DNA of 64,000 nucleotides from an uncultured Verrucomicrobiae bacterium. GTDB lineage: Bacteria > Verrucomicrobiota > Verrucomicrobiia > Limisphaerales > Palsa-1400. The notes below the pieces were generated by a model that did not search any database, was not told the DNA's origin, and saw only the letters and a program-made list of their open reading frames with translations. Below, in pieces: positions 34,801 to 47,422 of this stretch. The position numbers and the translations under genes were made by a program. The stretch lies in assembly GCA_963764165.1 (NCBI GenBank), contig CAVXRD010000002.1, forward strand, positions 2,272,001 through 2,336,000. The letters run 5' to 3'. Within the stretch, counting starts at the first letter, position 1. The number at the start of each line of letters is the position of its first letter.

Positions 34801-35134
34801 TGGGGAGCACACGCGCCCTCGCGTGTTGCAGTCGGCGCCCCGCCGACTGCTCTCTGGCGCAGCGGAGCGACTAAGCCGGAACAATTCAGTCGCGTTTGGG
34901 GAGCGCGGTCGTCTCGACCGCTGTTTTCGGCGTCCCGCCGAAAACTCTTCGCGCAAATGCATTTCACCATATGATGATCGTCGAAAACCGCCCAGACTGG
35001 CCGGCGGGACGCCGACCAGAGCGACCGGGACGGTCGCGCTCCCAAATCCAACTGCATCGCTCCGGCTAAGGAAATGCCAAGAAGTGGCCGGCGAGGGCGC
35101 CGGCCACAACACGCGAGGGCGCGTGTGCTCCCCA
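34801..35134. repeat. Nested REP-like palindromes between gyrB and gyrA
   Basis: Perfect 28-bp inverted repeat at 34801-34828/35107-35134 enclosing a related imperfect pair at about 34895-34946/35001-35046. Confidence 0.9.
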
Positions 35135-35205
35135 GACCTCCAGCCACGTTTCGAGTTTCGATCAAATTCATTGCCGCATTCACGTTAAAATCTCAGAACG
35201 CTCTC

Positions 35206-37770
<2,565 letters not shown>

Positions 37771-37943
37771 CTAAAATCTACGGGAAAATGCCGTTTTTAA
37801 CAACTCTTAAAATGCGCTTTTTTTTCGGGAAAAATACCATTAGTTGAGGATGGCTCGATCAAGCTACCCAATAACTTGTAGTAGAAGCGCAATTCTTGAT
37901 CGGCAGGTTCCATTTTGGTCATTTTTCGAAAAAAGAGGTTGGA

Positions 37944-37987
37944 TTTGGTGACATTTGGTGACAATAGCTGACATTTGGTGACATTGG
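37944..37987. repeat. Tandem 10-bp repeats (TTTGGTGACA) in the gyrB leader
   Basis: TTTGGTGACA TTTGGTGACA ATAGCTGACA TTTGGTGACA TTGG. Confidence 0.85.
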
Positions 37988-38559
37988 CTGGCTTCGGCTG
38001 CGGTTGAACATTTGAGTCGGTGACAACAGCCTGAAAATGGGTTGGAGACGGCACGGCACAGCCAACGCGAAGAGACGCCATCAGGCCAAGACTTTCCGTT
38101 CCGGGTGTCGGCCCGTCTTCCGTGCTCCGTCCTTCCATCCCTGTCCAATAATATATAGACATGGAAGGACTTTGGCACATTGATTTTGAAACAGAAAACC
38201 TACCAGAGGTTTTTTGGCACGATTTTTAACGGAAAAATGAAAAAATGAATCTGGAACGCCCGAACTCAGGAAAGAAGACCGCTGTCGAATTGACGCGCAA
38301 CGATAATTCGGCGCAAGCTCACTCCCTCGGTCTTCCTCCTGTTCAATTTTTCCCTGTTTTTGTGTTTGAGGGTGAGATGCGAGTTTCCGGCGTCGAATCA
38401 ATAGGATCAGACAATGGAGCTGGAGCTGTAGGGAAAAGCATTCCGATCGCGCCAATTGTTAGAAAAGCAGCGCGTATCGAGCATTGCAGGAAAAGCCTGC
38501 AATTATTTGTTTTCAAAGCGTGGCGGCGCACTCTGCGTGAGCCGCCGCCACATAAGGAC

Positions 38560-39114
38560 TTAGGCGAAGGTCGGAGAGACTTCGACTTTTTGGCCGGGGG
38601 CGACCACCAGATCGCTTCCCGCCGACCAAACCTGGTCGTTGAGAAGAACCTTGAAGGTGATCGGGTTTGCCACGGTTTGCGTCCAGCGCCACGTGCCGCC
38701 GTCAACGCAGGAAAGCGGCACGCCGCGCTCCCAGTTGAGGCCGGAACCCTGGCCGCGCAGGTAAACCACGTTGCCAAATCCCACATCGATTTTGACCTCG
38801 ATGGTGGTGGCCTTCGGTTCGGTCGCGGCGGGCTTCGCCGGGGTTGTAGGTTTCGTTGGGGCTGCGGCCTTCACCGGTGCGGATGCGGGAGCAGCAGCAA
38901 CAGGGGCAGGAGCCGGGGTGGAAGCAACGGCGGCAGTTTTCGGAGCAGCCGGAGCATGGGTGGAAGCCGTGGTGGCTTTGGGAGCCGGAGCGGAAACGGC
39001 TGCGGCACTCGCGACAGTTTTCGGAGCGCTTGCAACAGTTTTCGGGGCGGCGGTGGTTATCTTTGTATCGGTCGGTTTCAGGGCGGCAGAGGCCGCGCTT
39101 TTTTTCGTTTTCAT
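38560..39114 (-). CDS. Ala/Lys/Pro/Thr-rich protein with a C-terminal CBM20-like domain
   Basis: Low-complexity N-terminus, then 'DVGFGNVVYLRG...LNWERG...W.W...FKVL.ND..W'. Confidence 0.7.
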   Translation of the reverse strand: MKTKKSAASAALKPTDTKITTAAPKTVASAPKTVASAAAVSAPAPKATTASTHAPAAPKTAAVASTPAPAPVAAAPASAPVKAAAPTKPTTPAKPAATEPKATTIEVKIDVGFGNVVYLRGQGSGLNWERGVPLSCVDGGTWRWTQTVANPITFKVLLNDQVWSAGSDLVVAPGQKVEVSPTFA

Positions 39115-39329
39115 ATTCAGAGTTCCAATCAACTTAAAGAAGGCAGAGAGCTTGCAGCGCCCTGCTTGGGATACGGATCATCCTTTCGAGTATTTCATCG
39201 GAGGCACGAAGACGACTCCCATGTTGGATACTCAGGCCTTTTGCAATGCAAGTCAAGCTCTGGGCGTTACCAAGAAATCGCAGGGGCGCAGGACAAAATT
39301 CTTCACGAAAGAAGAGAGCCGCAGCCGGC

Positions 39330-40763
39330 TCATGTTCTCCAGAAGATTTTCCGGCGCGTCAGGAAACTTACAGTGAAGGCAATGAGCAGCATCACAATTA
39401 CGCCTTTCCAAAAACCGCGCCACGGCGTAGTGGCCAGGGCTTCCATCCGCTGATCAATCCCAATCAAGGCCAGCAGCGGGAGGATGAGATTGTTGATGCC
39501 CGCGTAGGCAATCATCGGGTTTTGGCCGTTGTCGATCAGCAGTTGCAGCCAGCGCCGGCGCTGCAAGGCGTCAATAATAATGGAAAGCGCGATGTAAACG
39601 CAGAGGGCCAGCCCGGCAGTCACAAAATAATAGCTCATCGTCGGGTGATCTTTTTTGATGCCGCCTTCGCAAGGCTCGAAAACGAGGCCGAGGACGAGCC
39701 AGTAAATCGCCCAATTGAAAAGCCGTTGGTAGAGGACTTCCGTGGCGTTCAACGGCTTCCGAAAAAGAAACCACGCGGCCGCGCAAAGTCCAAATACGCA
39801 AAGAGCCGTCCACGGAAGCCACCGCGCCTTGAGGCCGATGACGGTGAGCAGGACCATCTCGGCCATTGTCAGGAAAATGCAGGCGTATCGCGCCAGCGAC
39901 CAACTGGCGTTCGTCGTTTCGCTGCGCGTCCAAGCCAGAATCAAATCACCGGCAATGGTTCCCGCGATGACGAGGTAAAGATATTGCAGATAATACAGGC
40001 GGTAGACCCACGGCAGCGGCGAATACATCCACACGTCATGCACCCAGCCGGGAACCGGTTGCGGCAAATTGGAAAGGCGGATGGCCAGCAGGATTCCGAG
40101 CACTCCCAGCCTGACAAGCAGATTCTTTCGGGTCGCCATCCAAATCAGCGAACCGCAGACGGCCATGTTGGCCAGGACAATTATAATAATGTCGCTGCGA
40201 TTCAGACGAAATCCCGAGCCGTCGGGATATTTCGCAAGCCAAAGAAAGGCGCACGCGCCACCCCACCCGGCAGCGCGAATTCCAAATTTGGCCGCGAAAG
40301 ACCATCGCTCAGGAAGGCGCGTCAGAATTAAAAACAGGATGAGAAAACCCAGCAAGCCCACCCACATGGTTGCGCTGTCTGGATTGGTTTTCAGGACGTG
40401 CGGGCGGATATCCATGACGAACAGCGCAAAAAACGTCAGGAGAAATCCGCGCTCCAACACGAAGGCCAACAGTTTCCAAACAGGCTCGCCCTTGTCCATC
40501 CGCCTCGAGAACGCGAGCGGGAAGGCCGCGCCCATGGAAAAAAGGAAAAATGGAAAGACCAGATCGACCCAAGTGATGCCCGGGAATCGATCCGACCAAA
40601 TGAAATGCGGCGGGGCCACTTGCGCGTGATACATCCAGCCTGGCAGCGCATTGTCCTCCTCGGGCATGAGACTGGATAGCAGCATGGCTAGGATGGCCAG
40701 GCCGCGCAGCGCATCGAGAGCCAGGGCGCGTTTGCTGGTGGGAAGGCTGGGGCTTTCAGTCAT
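39330..40763 (-). CDS. DUF5009/HGSNAT-like membrane acyltransferase
   Basis: 'RALALDALRG' and 'GITWVDLVFPFFLFSMG'; many TMs. Confidence 0.8.
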   Translation of the reverse strand: MTESPSLPTSKRALALDALRGLAILAMLLSSLMPEEDNALPGWMYHAQVAPPHFIWSDRFPGITWVDLVFPFFLFSMGAAFPLAFSRRMDKGEPVWKLLAFVLERGFLLTFFALFVMDIRPHVLKTNPDSATMWVGLLGFLILFLILTRLPERWSFAAKFGIRAAGWGGACAFLWLAKYPDGSGFRLNRSDIIIIVLANMAVCGSLIWMATRKNLLVRLGVLGILLAIRLSNLPQPVPGWVHDVWMYSPLPWVYRLYYLQYLYLVIAGTIAGDLILAWTRSETTNASWSLARYACIFLTMAEMVLLTVIGLKARWLPWTALCVFGLCAAAWFLFRKPLNATEVLYQRLFNWAIYWLVLGLVFEPCEGGIKKDHPTMSYYFVTAGLALCVYIALSIIIDALQRRRWLQLLIDNGQNPMIAYAGINNLILPLLALIGIDQRMEALATTPWRGFWKGVIVMLLIAFTVSFLTRRKIFWRT

Positions 40764-40786
40764 GGCCGTTGTTCAGACCCGAAGAC

Positions 40787-40948
40787 GGAGCGCGGCTGTG
40801 TCGAAGACCAGCCGCAGCCATGTTAAAAGCGAGAGGCGCGCAAGCTAATTCGAATGCCGCTGCGGCTGGTCTTCGACACAGCCGCGCTCCGGCGGAGACG
40901 GGCGCCAAGGCTGAGCAAGGCATGGCTCGGCTGGAGCCTCGCCCAACC
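40787..40948. repeat. REP-like palindrome plus a half REP
   Basis: Perfect 32-bp inverted repeat at 40787-40818/40859-40890. GGCTCGGCTGGAGCCTCGCCCAACC (40924-40948) matches the 17665-17689 arm. Confidence 0.9.
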
Positions 40949-41101
40949 AAATTCATCGGTTCAATGCGCGAAAAATTCGTTTCAAGGAACTTTCTCCCGG
41001 GCCTTCTTTCCGCAAACGGGGGCGGCGGAATCATTCAAGCGCCCTTTGGATGTTTGACTGCCATAAATTGAGACGCGCCGCTTTCTCGCGCATCAGAAAA
41101 A

Positions 41102-41950
41102 TCACACCTTGCCGAATTTCTTCATCGCCGCGTAACTGCGCGCAACGGCGTCCATCGGCTCTTTGCTCGTCTCGTGCTCCACCACGTACCATTGCGTGCC
41201 GCCCTTGGTTTCGCACCAGTCAAAGATAAGGCGCCAATTCAATTTGTCCTCGCCGATGACGGATTCAGGACCGCCGCCGTGCGCCTTGATGTGGATGCTC
41301 CTCGTGCGGCCCGGGAATTTGTGCAGTTCCGTCATCGGATCCGCGCCACCGTCGCAGCAATTGCTGGTGTCGAGCTGCAGGATGACGTCGGCCTTGGTGT
41401 TCTTGCCAAAAATTTCCCACGGCAACTCGCCTTCGACGGGATGAAAATCGTGGAAGTGCGAATGATAACCGATGGAGAGCTGCATCGGCCTCAACTTGTC
41501 CGCCAGCCCATCGAAATATTTGCACTTTTCAAGCCAGACGGCGCGGGTGGCGCCGGTCATGTCCGGCACGATGATGAAATGATTGCCAATGGTTTTGTTG
41601 AATTCAATCGTCGCATCCAATTTATCCGCCGCGACGTCTTCCGAAGGAGTGTGCGAGCCGCACGCGATGAGGCCGTTGTCGTCCAGCATTTTTCGGATTT
41701 CCTTGGCTGACAGTTTCCAATATCCGGCGAACTCCACCCCCGCGTAGCCGATCTTGGAAATTTTCGCCAGCGTGCCGGGAAAATCTTTTTTGCAATCCTC
41801 ACGCACGGAATAAAGCTGAACGCCGACGGGAATTTTCGGTTTGTCCTGCTTCGCCTGCGCGCTCAAGCCGAGCGAAAGACCAGCGGCGCCAAGGGCGGAG
41901 ACTTGCAGGAAATTGCGTCGGGAAATGGAATCGGTATGTGGATGTTTCAT
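41102..41950 (-). CDS. Tat-exported sugar phosphate isomerase/epimerase (TIM barrel)
   Basis: SRRNFL Tat motif, GVQLYSVR, GYAGVE, IHIK and VEHE. Confidence 0.85.
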   Translation of the reverse strand: MKHPHTDSISRRNFLQVSALGAAGLSLGLSAQAKQDKPKIPVGVQLYSVREDCKKDFPGTLAKISKIGYAGVEFAGYWKLSAKEIRKMLDDNGLIACGSHTPSEDVAADKLDATIEFNKTIGNHFIIVPDMTGATRAVWLEKCKYFDGLADKLRPMQLSIGYHSHFHDFHPVEGELPWEIFGKNTKADVILQLDTSNCCDGGADPMTELHKFPGRTRSIHIKAHGGGPESVIGEDKLNWRLIFDWCETKGGTQWYVVEHETSKEPMDAVARSYAAMKKFGKV

Positions 41951-41965
41951 GAAATGGATTTCCTA

Positions 41966-43288
41966 TCAGGCGTGGCGCATGTAGGGGAGCGACCACGGTT
42001 TGCGATACTTGACGTGCACCAGCTTGTCGGCCTTGTCGTCGTCGATGACTTTTTCCGCGACGGAATCCCAGGCAATTTTGTGGCCGGTGCGGTAGGCGAT
42101 GTTGCCCAAATGCGCCAGCGACGAAACGCGATGGCCGATTTCGAGATTCAAAACGGGCTGCTGGCGTGATTTGACGCAGGACAGAAAATTCCGAACGTGC
42201 GCGGGCCGCGGGTCGCCCTTCCCCTTTACCTTCTGGGATGGGATATTCCCTTTCTTAGGCTCGGTCTTGAGATCCCAGCCGGTGTCATCAAGAATAATGC
42301 TGCCCTCGGTGCCGTGCCACTCGATGCCCCACGAGCGGCCGTTCAACCCATTGTTAATTCCCGCGCGATGCTCCCAAATTAATTGGCAGCTTGGAAATTC
42401 GTAAACGGTCACCAGCGAATCGGGGGTTTCGGAATCGTCGTCAAAAATAAATTTGCCGCCGCACGCGGAAACGGATTTGGGATTTTCCGGCGGCAAACCC
42501 ATCGAGGCGATGTTGAGCAAATGAACGCCCCAATCGGTCATCAGCCCGCCCGCGTAATCCCAGAACCAGCGGAAATTAAAGATGAAGCGATTCTGGTTGA
42601 AGGGACGCAACGGCGCGGGGCCAAGCCAAAAATCATAATCCACCGTGGACGGCGGCGGCCCGTCCGCGACGTGTCCAATGCTCGGCAGCCAATCGAGAAA
42701 CGCCCACGCGCGGGCCAGCGAAACTTTCCCAAGCTGCCCGGAACGAATCAACTCCGCCGCCTCGATAATGTGATCGGCGCTGCGCCATTGCGAACCCATC
42801 TGCACAACACGGTTATGGCGGCGCGAGGCTTCGAGCATGGCGCGGCCCTCAGCGATGGTTTTCGCCAGCGGTTTTTCCACGTAAATATCCTTGCCCGCCT
42901 GCGCGGCCATCACCATCGGCAGCGCGTGCCAATGATCCGGGGTGGCAATCAAAACAACGTCTATGTCCTTCCTGTCAAGCACCCGGCGAAAATCTTTCAC
43001 GGCATCGGGCTTCTTGCCGCGCTGCTCCTGGCAAATGTCCAGGCCCTTGGCGATTTGCGCATCATCGACGTCGCAAATGACAGCGCAATCGACTTCTGGA
43101 TTGAGAAAAAAACATTTCAAATCGCCCTGCCCCATGCCGCCGCAGCCGATCAGGCCGAGACGGACTTTATCATTGGGGCCCGGCTCACCGGCGCGGGCGC
43201 TGCGGATGAAAGGAGGAGAGAAAGTGCCGGCCGCAAGCGCGGCGAGCGCAGATTTGCCCAGGAATTCCCGCCGATTCAATTTAGCCAT
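41966..43288 (-). CDS. Tat-exported Gfo/Idh/MocA oxidoreductase
   Basis: NRREFL, IGCGGMG, ATPDHWH, YVEKP and DWGVH. Confidence 0.92.
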   Translation of the reverse strand: MAKLNRREFLGKSALAALAAGTFSPPFIRSARAGEPGPNDKVRLGLIGCGGMGQGDLKCFFLNPEVDCAVICDVDDAQIAKGLDICQEQRGKKPDAVKDFRRVLDRKDIDVVLIATPDHWHALPMVMAAQAGKDIYVEKPLAKTIAEGRAMLEASRRHNRVVQMGSQWRSADHIIEAAELIRSGQLGKVSLARAWAFLDWLPSIGHVADGPPPSTVDYDFWLGPAPLRPFNQNRFIFNFRWFWDYAGGLMTDWGVHLLNIASMGLPPENPKSVSACGGKFIFDDDSETPDSLVTVYEFPSCQLIWEHRAGINNGLNGRSWGIEWHGTEGSIILDDTGWDLKTEPKKGNIPSQKVKGKGDPRPAHVRNFLSCVKSRQQPVLNLEIGHRVSSLAHLGNIAYRTGHKIAWDSVAEKVIDDDKADKLVHVKYRKPWSLPYMRHA

Positions 43289-43480
43289 AGCGAAAACATA
43301 ATTGTGGAAGTCCCGAGCAATCCGCGCAAGGGAATTCACTCTCGATCACCGAGGACGCGGCAGGGCATGGAGATGGGATTAATAAGACTTATAGGACCCA
43401 GATGACCTATCGTGCGCTTGACAAATATCAGCGGCTAATAATCTCTTTGCCGCATCGCCGACATTCGTTACGTTGATGGC

Positions 43481-44479
43481 ATGAGTTTTTCGGCACTTGG
43501 ACAATTCCCCGCCTATCGGCCGCGGCGCTTGCGGCAATCGCCGGTGTTGCGAAAGCTGGTTCGCGAAACATCGTTGCAGCCCCACCAATTCGTCCTGCCG
43601 CTTTTTGCGCGTCCTGGCCGCAAGGTTCGACTGCCAGTCGGCTCGATGCCCGGTGTGTTCCAGCTTTCGCCCGACGAAATTCTGCTCGAAACGGAAAAGG
43701 CCTGCGCGGCGGGAGTATCAGCAGTGCTGCTGTTCGGCATTCCTGACCAGAAGGACGAAAAAGCTTCAGGCGCTTTTGCGGCCAGTGGCATTGTCCAGCA
43801 AACGGTGAAATTGCTCAAAAAGCATCTCCCAGATTGCCTGGTCATCACGGATGTTTGTCTCTGCGAATACATGAGCCATGGCCATTGTGGACTTGTGCAT
43901 AAGGGCGGAAAGGTCGCGAACGATCCGACGCTTTCCATCCTGGCGCGCACCGCCTTGAGCCACGCGGAGGCGGGCGCGGACATCGTCGCGCCGAGTGATA
44001 TGATGGACGGCCGCGTTGGCGCCATCCGGCAGTTGCTCGACAGCAAGGGGCTTGAAGATACCCCGATTCTTTCTTACGCCGCGAAATTCGCCTCGGCTTA
44101 TTACGGACCTTTCCGCGAAGCCGCCGAATCGGCCCCGAAATTCGGGGACCGCCGCGCATACCAAATGGACGGCGGCAACGCGCTGGAAGCGTTGCGCGAA
44201 GTGGCGATGGATATTCAGGAAGGCGCGGACATGGTGATGGTGAAACCCGCGCTGGCGTATCTCGATATTCTTTACCGCGTGAAAACGGAATTCGGATATC
44301 CGACCGCCGCCTATGCCGTGAGCGGCGAATTTTCGATGATCAAAGCCGCCGCCGAAAAAGGCTGGCTGGACGAACGCGCGGTGGCGCTGGAAACCATGCT
44401 CTCGCTGCGCAGGGCCGGCGCGGATTTCATTGTGACTTACTTTGCGACCGATCTCGCGCGATGGCTCAAGGAAGGCTGA
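43481..44479 (+). CDS. hemB: Porphobilinogen synthase
   Basis: RPRRLR, DVCLCEYMSHGHCG, APSDMMDG and MVKPA. Confidence 0.97.
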   Translation: MSFSALGQFPAYRPRRLRQSPVLRKLVRETSLQPHQFVLPLFARPGRKVRLPVGSMPGVFQLSPDEILLETEKACAAGVSAVLLFGIPDQKDEKASGAFAASGIVQQTVKLLKKHLPDCLVITDVCLCEYMSHGHCGLVHKGGKVANDPTLSILARTALSHAEAGADIVAPSDMMDGRVGAIRQLLDSKGLEDTPILSYAAKFASAYYGPFREAAESAPKFGDRRAYQMDGGNALEALREVAMDIQEGADMVMVKPALAYLDILYRVKTEFGYPTAAYAVSGEFSMIKAAAEKGWLDERAVALETMLSLRRAGADFIVTYFATDLARWLKEG

Positions 44480-44631
44480 GCCAGAGGGCCGGATAAAATT
44501 CCTCCGCCGCTGTGTTCGCTGAAGGCGGCAGAAGTGTCTCGCCTCTGACGGGCTGATCTGGCGGCGGGACGCCGCTGCCACTCTCTTCGTGAAGAATTTG
44601 GTCCCGCCTCCGGCCAAGCCACCGCCGCGAA

Positions 44632-45138
44632 TTACTTCTTGAAAATCATCAGGCAGACCAGGCCAACGACGACGACGGCCAAAACAATAATCACGGCGAC
44701 AAAAACTTTATTGGCCGTGTTGCTTTTCTTGGCAAACGCGCTCTTGTCAAAAGTCGCCGTCTTGGTTCCAGGCTCCCCGCCCAGCTTGACGCCTTGCGGA
44801 ATGACCATGGTTTGATCCGGCATTTTCTTCGGCGAGGCTTTTTGGGCGGCGCCGTCTTCCAGGCGCATTTCGATCTGGCCCAGGCGCAAAATTTGTCCCG
44901 GCTTGAGCGGCGCTTCGCCTGTCACCTGATGGCCGTTGATAAAGGTGCCGTTGGTGGAATTCAAATCGCGGATAATGACATCCGCTCCGCGCAGCAAAAT
45001 CTCGCAGTGATGGCTGGAAACCGACGCTTCGGCGATCGGGAAGGTATTGTCGTCGACGCGCCCGACGGTGGTCTTTTCGACCGCCAGCTCGTACGTCTTC
45101 CCGGTCAAGCCTTCACTTAATAGAACAAGTTTTGCCAT
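44632..45138 (-). CDS. FHA-domain protein with C-terminal membrane anchor
   Basis: VGR, VSSHH and DLNSTNGTFING; hydrophobic tail. Confidence 0.92.
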   Translation of the reverse strand: MAKLVLLSEGLTGKTYELAVEKTTVGRVDDNTFPIAEASVSSHHCEILLRGADVIIRDLNSTNGTFINGHQVTGEAPLKPGQILRLGQIEMRLEDGAAQKASPKKMPDQTMVIPQGVKLGGEPGTKTATFDKSAFAKKSNTANKVFVAVIIVLAVVVVGLVCLMIFKK

Positions 45139-45230
45139 AGTCAGGATTTGGTCGAATTATGTCCCTCGCCCGGCTCAAGTCAAAACCTTTTTCCCCGTGG
45201 ACACGGCGGATGGGCGCGAGTTTCCATAAT

Positions 45231-46376
45231 TCATTGTTTTTCAATCATTTGGCGGAATTCGGCAAACAGCGGCGTCGAGTCATGCGGCCCGGGCGAGGCT
45301 TCCGGGTGATATTGCACACAAAAAATCGGCTTGGTTTTGTGGCGCAATCCCTCGACGGTCTGGTCGTTTAAGTTGACACGATTCACCGAGATTTCAGGAG
45401 GCAGCGTGGCGGGATCGACCGAGAAGCCGTGATTCTGGGAGGTGATCTCGACTTTGCCGGACTCCAGGTCCTTCACCGGCTGGTTTCCGCCGCGGTGGCC
45501 AAATTTTAGCTTATACGTTTTGCCCCCGAAGGCCTGTCCGAGAATTTGGTGCCCAAGGCAAATCCCAAAAATCGGCACGCCGCTTTTAATTAAATCCGAC
45601 ACCGCGCCCACCGCATAATCCAGCGCCGCGGGATCGCCGGGGCCGTTGGAAAGAAAAATGCCCGCTGGCTTGTGCGAAAGCGCCTCGGCGGCGGTGGCTG
45701 TGGCGGGCAGGACTTGCGTTTTGAAGCCGTGCTGACGCAGGCGGCGCAAGATATTGTACTTGATGCCGTAATCGAAGGCGATAATGGGGATGTCGGCCGG
45801 CGGCAACGGCGCGCCGCCGGGCGGATCGGATGGGCGTGTCAAAACGAATTTCTTGCTTTGCCCATCCTCTTCGTCCCACAGAAAGGATTTCGGATGTGTC
45901 ACTTTCTTGACGTAATCCACGCCTGCGAGGCCTGGCCAGTTCTTCGCCCGCGCCACCGCTTCCCCGGGAGAAGTATCGAGCGTCGAAATAAAGCCGTTCA
46001 ACGCCCCGCGCACGCGCAACTTTTTTGTCAGGGCGCGCGTGTCGATTCCCTGGATGCCGGGGATGCCGTTTTTCTCGAGGTATTCAGCCAGAGTGCACTC
46101 CGAGCGCCAGTTGCTCACGACGGGCGAAAGTTCGCGCACGACAAATCCGGCCACGTGCGGCTGCCAGGATTCAACGTCAAAATGATTGATGCCGTAATTG
46201 CCGATGAGCGGATACGTCATCGAAACGATTTGGCCTTTATAGGACGGGTCGGTGAGAATTTCCTGATAACCCGTCATCGAGGTGTTGAAACAAACTTCAC
46301 CGCAGGATTCGGCAGCGGCGCCAAAACCCTGTCCAACAAACACGGAACCGTCCTCCAGTGCGAGAATTGCTTTCAT
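45231..46376 (-). CDS. carA: Carbamoyl-phosphate synthase small subunit
   Basis: FNTSMTGYQE, SNGPGDP, GICLGHQ and QYHPE. Confidence 0.98.
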   Translation of the reverse strand: MKAILALEDGSVFVGQGFGAAAESCGEVCFNTSMTGYQEILTDPSYKGQIVSMTYPLIGNYGINHFDVESWQPHVAGFVVRELSPVVSNWRSECTLAEYLEKNGIPGIQGIDTRALTKKLRVRGALNGFISTLDTSPGEAVARAKNWPGLAGVDYVKKVTHPKSFLWDEEDGQSKKFVLTRPSDPPGGAPLPPADIPIIAFDYGIKYNILRRLRQHGFKTQVLPATATAAEALSHKPAGIFLSNGPGDPAALDYAVGAVSDLIKSGVPIFGICLGHQILGQAFGGKTYKLKFGHRGGNQPVKDLESGKVEITSQNHGFSVDPATLPPEISVNRVNLNDQTVEGLRHKTKPIFCVQYHPEASPGPHDSTPLFAEFRQMIEKQ

Positions 46377-46450
46377 CAAGACCCTCAGGTCTGCTCCCAA
46401 GCTAGTATGGCGTTTCGGAAAACGCCATATAATTCCTTGTGTTGAAGCTC

Positions 46451-46544
46451 GGCGGGGCGAGGCTCCAGCCGATCCATCTTATTATACCCATCATTCCCAT
46501 CATTATGGGAGTCATGGACCGGTTCGACCGGCGCATCGCCCACC
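46451..46544. repeat. Degenerate REP pair enclosing a CCCATCATT periodic repeat
   Basis: GGCGGGGCGAGGCTCCAGCCGATCC belongs to the same family as 17535; partner at 46521-46544. Confidence 0.6.
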
Positions 46545-46919
46545 TCAATGCGTGACAGCGACCGTGTCGGAAACCTCGAAGCTCGGCGTCTCAACCCATT
46601 TGACTTTCGTCATCGAAATCATCGAGCAACCACAGGTGCAGATGCTGCGAGCGCCATTGGTGGCAACACGCCCGCAATCTTCGCAGACAAAAACAGAGGC
46701 TTGCTGCGATCGCCATTGCGCGCGGCGCCACCATGCGAGAAGGATGACCGCGGCGGAAAGCAATCCAACCAGACGGGCGCCACCGGAAAACTTTGCCGCA
46801 AAGTGAGCCACGCCAAAGGTCACGACGAGAACGACAACCGCGAAGGCGCACAACAATTCGGCCAGATGGCGGTTCCGATTTTCGATTTGAATTTCTGTTG
46901 AAGTCTTGCGCATCCACAT
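46545..46919 (-). CDS. Hypothetical 2-TM protein with CxxC...CxC motif
   Basis: Two hydrophobic segments followed by CEDC...CTC; start uncertain. Confidence 0.45.
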   Translation of the reverse strand: MWMRKTSTEIQIENRNRHLAELLCAFAVVVLVVTFGVAHFAAKFSGGARLVGLLSAAVILLAWWRRAQWRSQQASVFVCEDCGRVATNGARSICTCGCSMISMTKVKWVETPSFEVSDTVAVTH

Positions 46920-47064
46920 AAAATGAACCTCGATTAATTTTCTATGTGATCATTCTAACCCGTCCTAAGATTCTGTCTGTAAGGCGGTTTGTGGATTTAC
47001 TGGTAGGGTTTTTCCTCGCAATACCCGGCCGGTTGGACCTCGGGGGGAAAAGAATTGGGCCCGG

Positions 47065-47310
47065 AAAAGAAGCAGGGCGCCCCACCCAGGGCGCCCGTCT
47101 TGAAAACTAACTCTACTGCGCTGCCCAGCCTAGGGAAGTGGATTCTCTTTGTCTGCAAGGCGAATCATGGATTGTTTTGTAGGGCCATACCTCACCGATC
47201 CTATCTGAACACACTACATCCGAACTTGTTGATTTGGAGTTGCTTCGAGGAGAACCACCCGCCCGGCACATGCGTTACTCTGCTCCAAGGCAGCCGATCC
47301 AGCCTTGGCT
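47065..47310 (-). ncRNA. Candidate structured non-coding RNA with 3' terminator
   Basis: 5' hairpin 47285-47308, long interrupted helix (47138-47147 with 47250-47258; 47120-47125 with 47289-47294), terminator stem 47075-47096 plus U-rich tail. No credible ORF. Confidence 0.55.
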
Positions 47311-47422
47311 TGTTGAACGGATTATTCGGCCATTTATTTCCTGGAGCGGGAAAAAACTTTACAGAAGGGAACAAAGATAATGAAGAAGTGAGCCATTTTC
47401 ACGAAAGGCGGCAGGCGCGCTT

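Noticed and set aside
38140..38169. dif-like CTGTCCAATAA-TATATA-GACATGG
   Set aside because: Only one arm resembles dif; there is no TTATGT XerD-type arm.
38245..39453. 402-aa plus-strand Gly/Arg-rich ORF
   Set aside because: Antisense shadow of the Ala/Pro/Lys-rich gene at 38560-39114.
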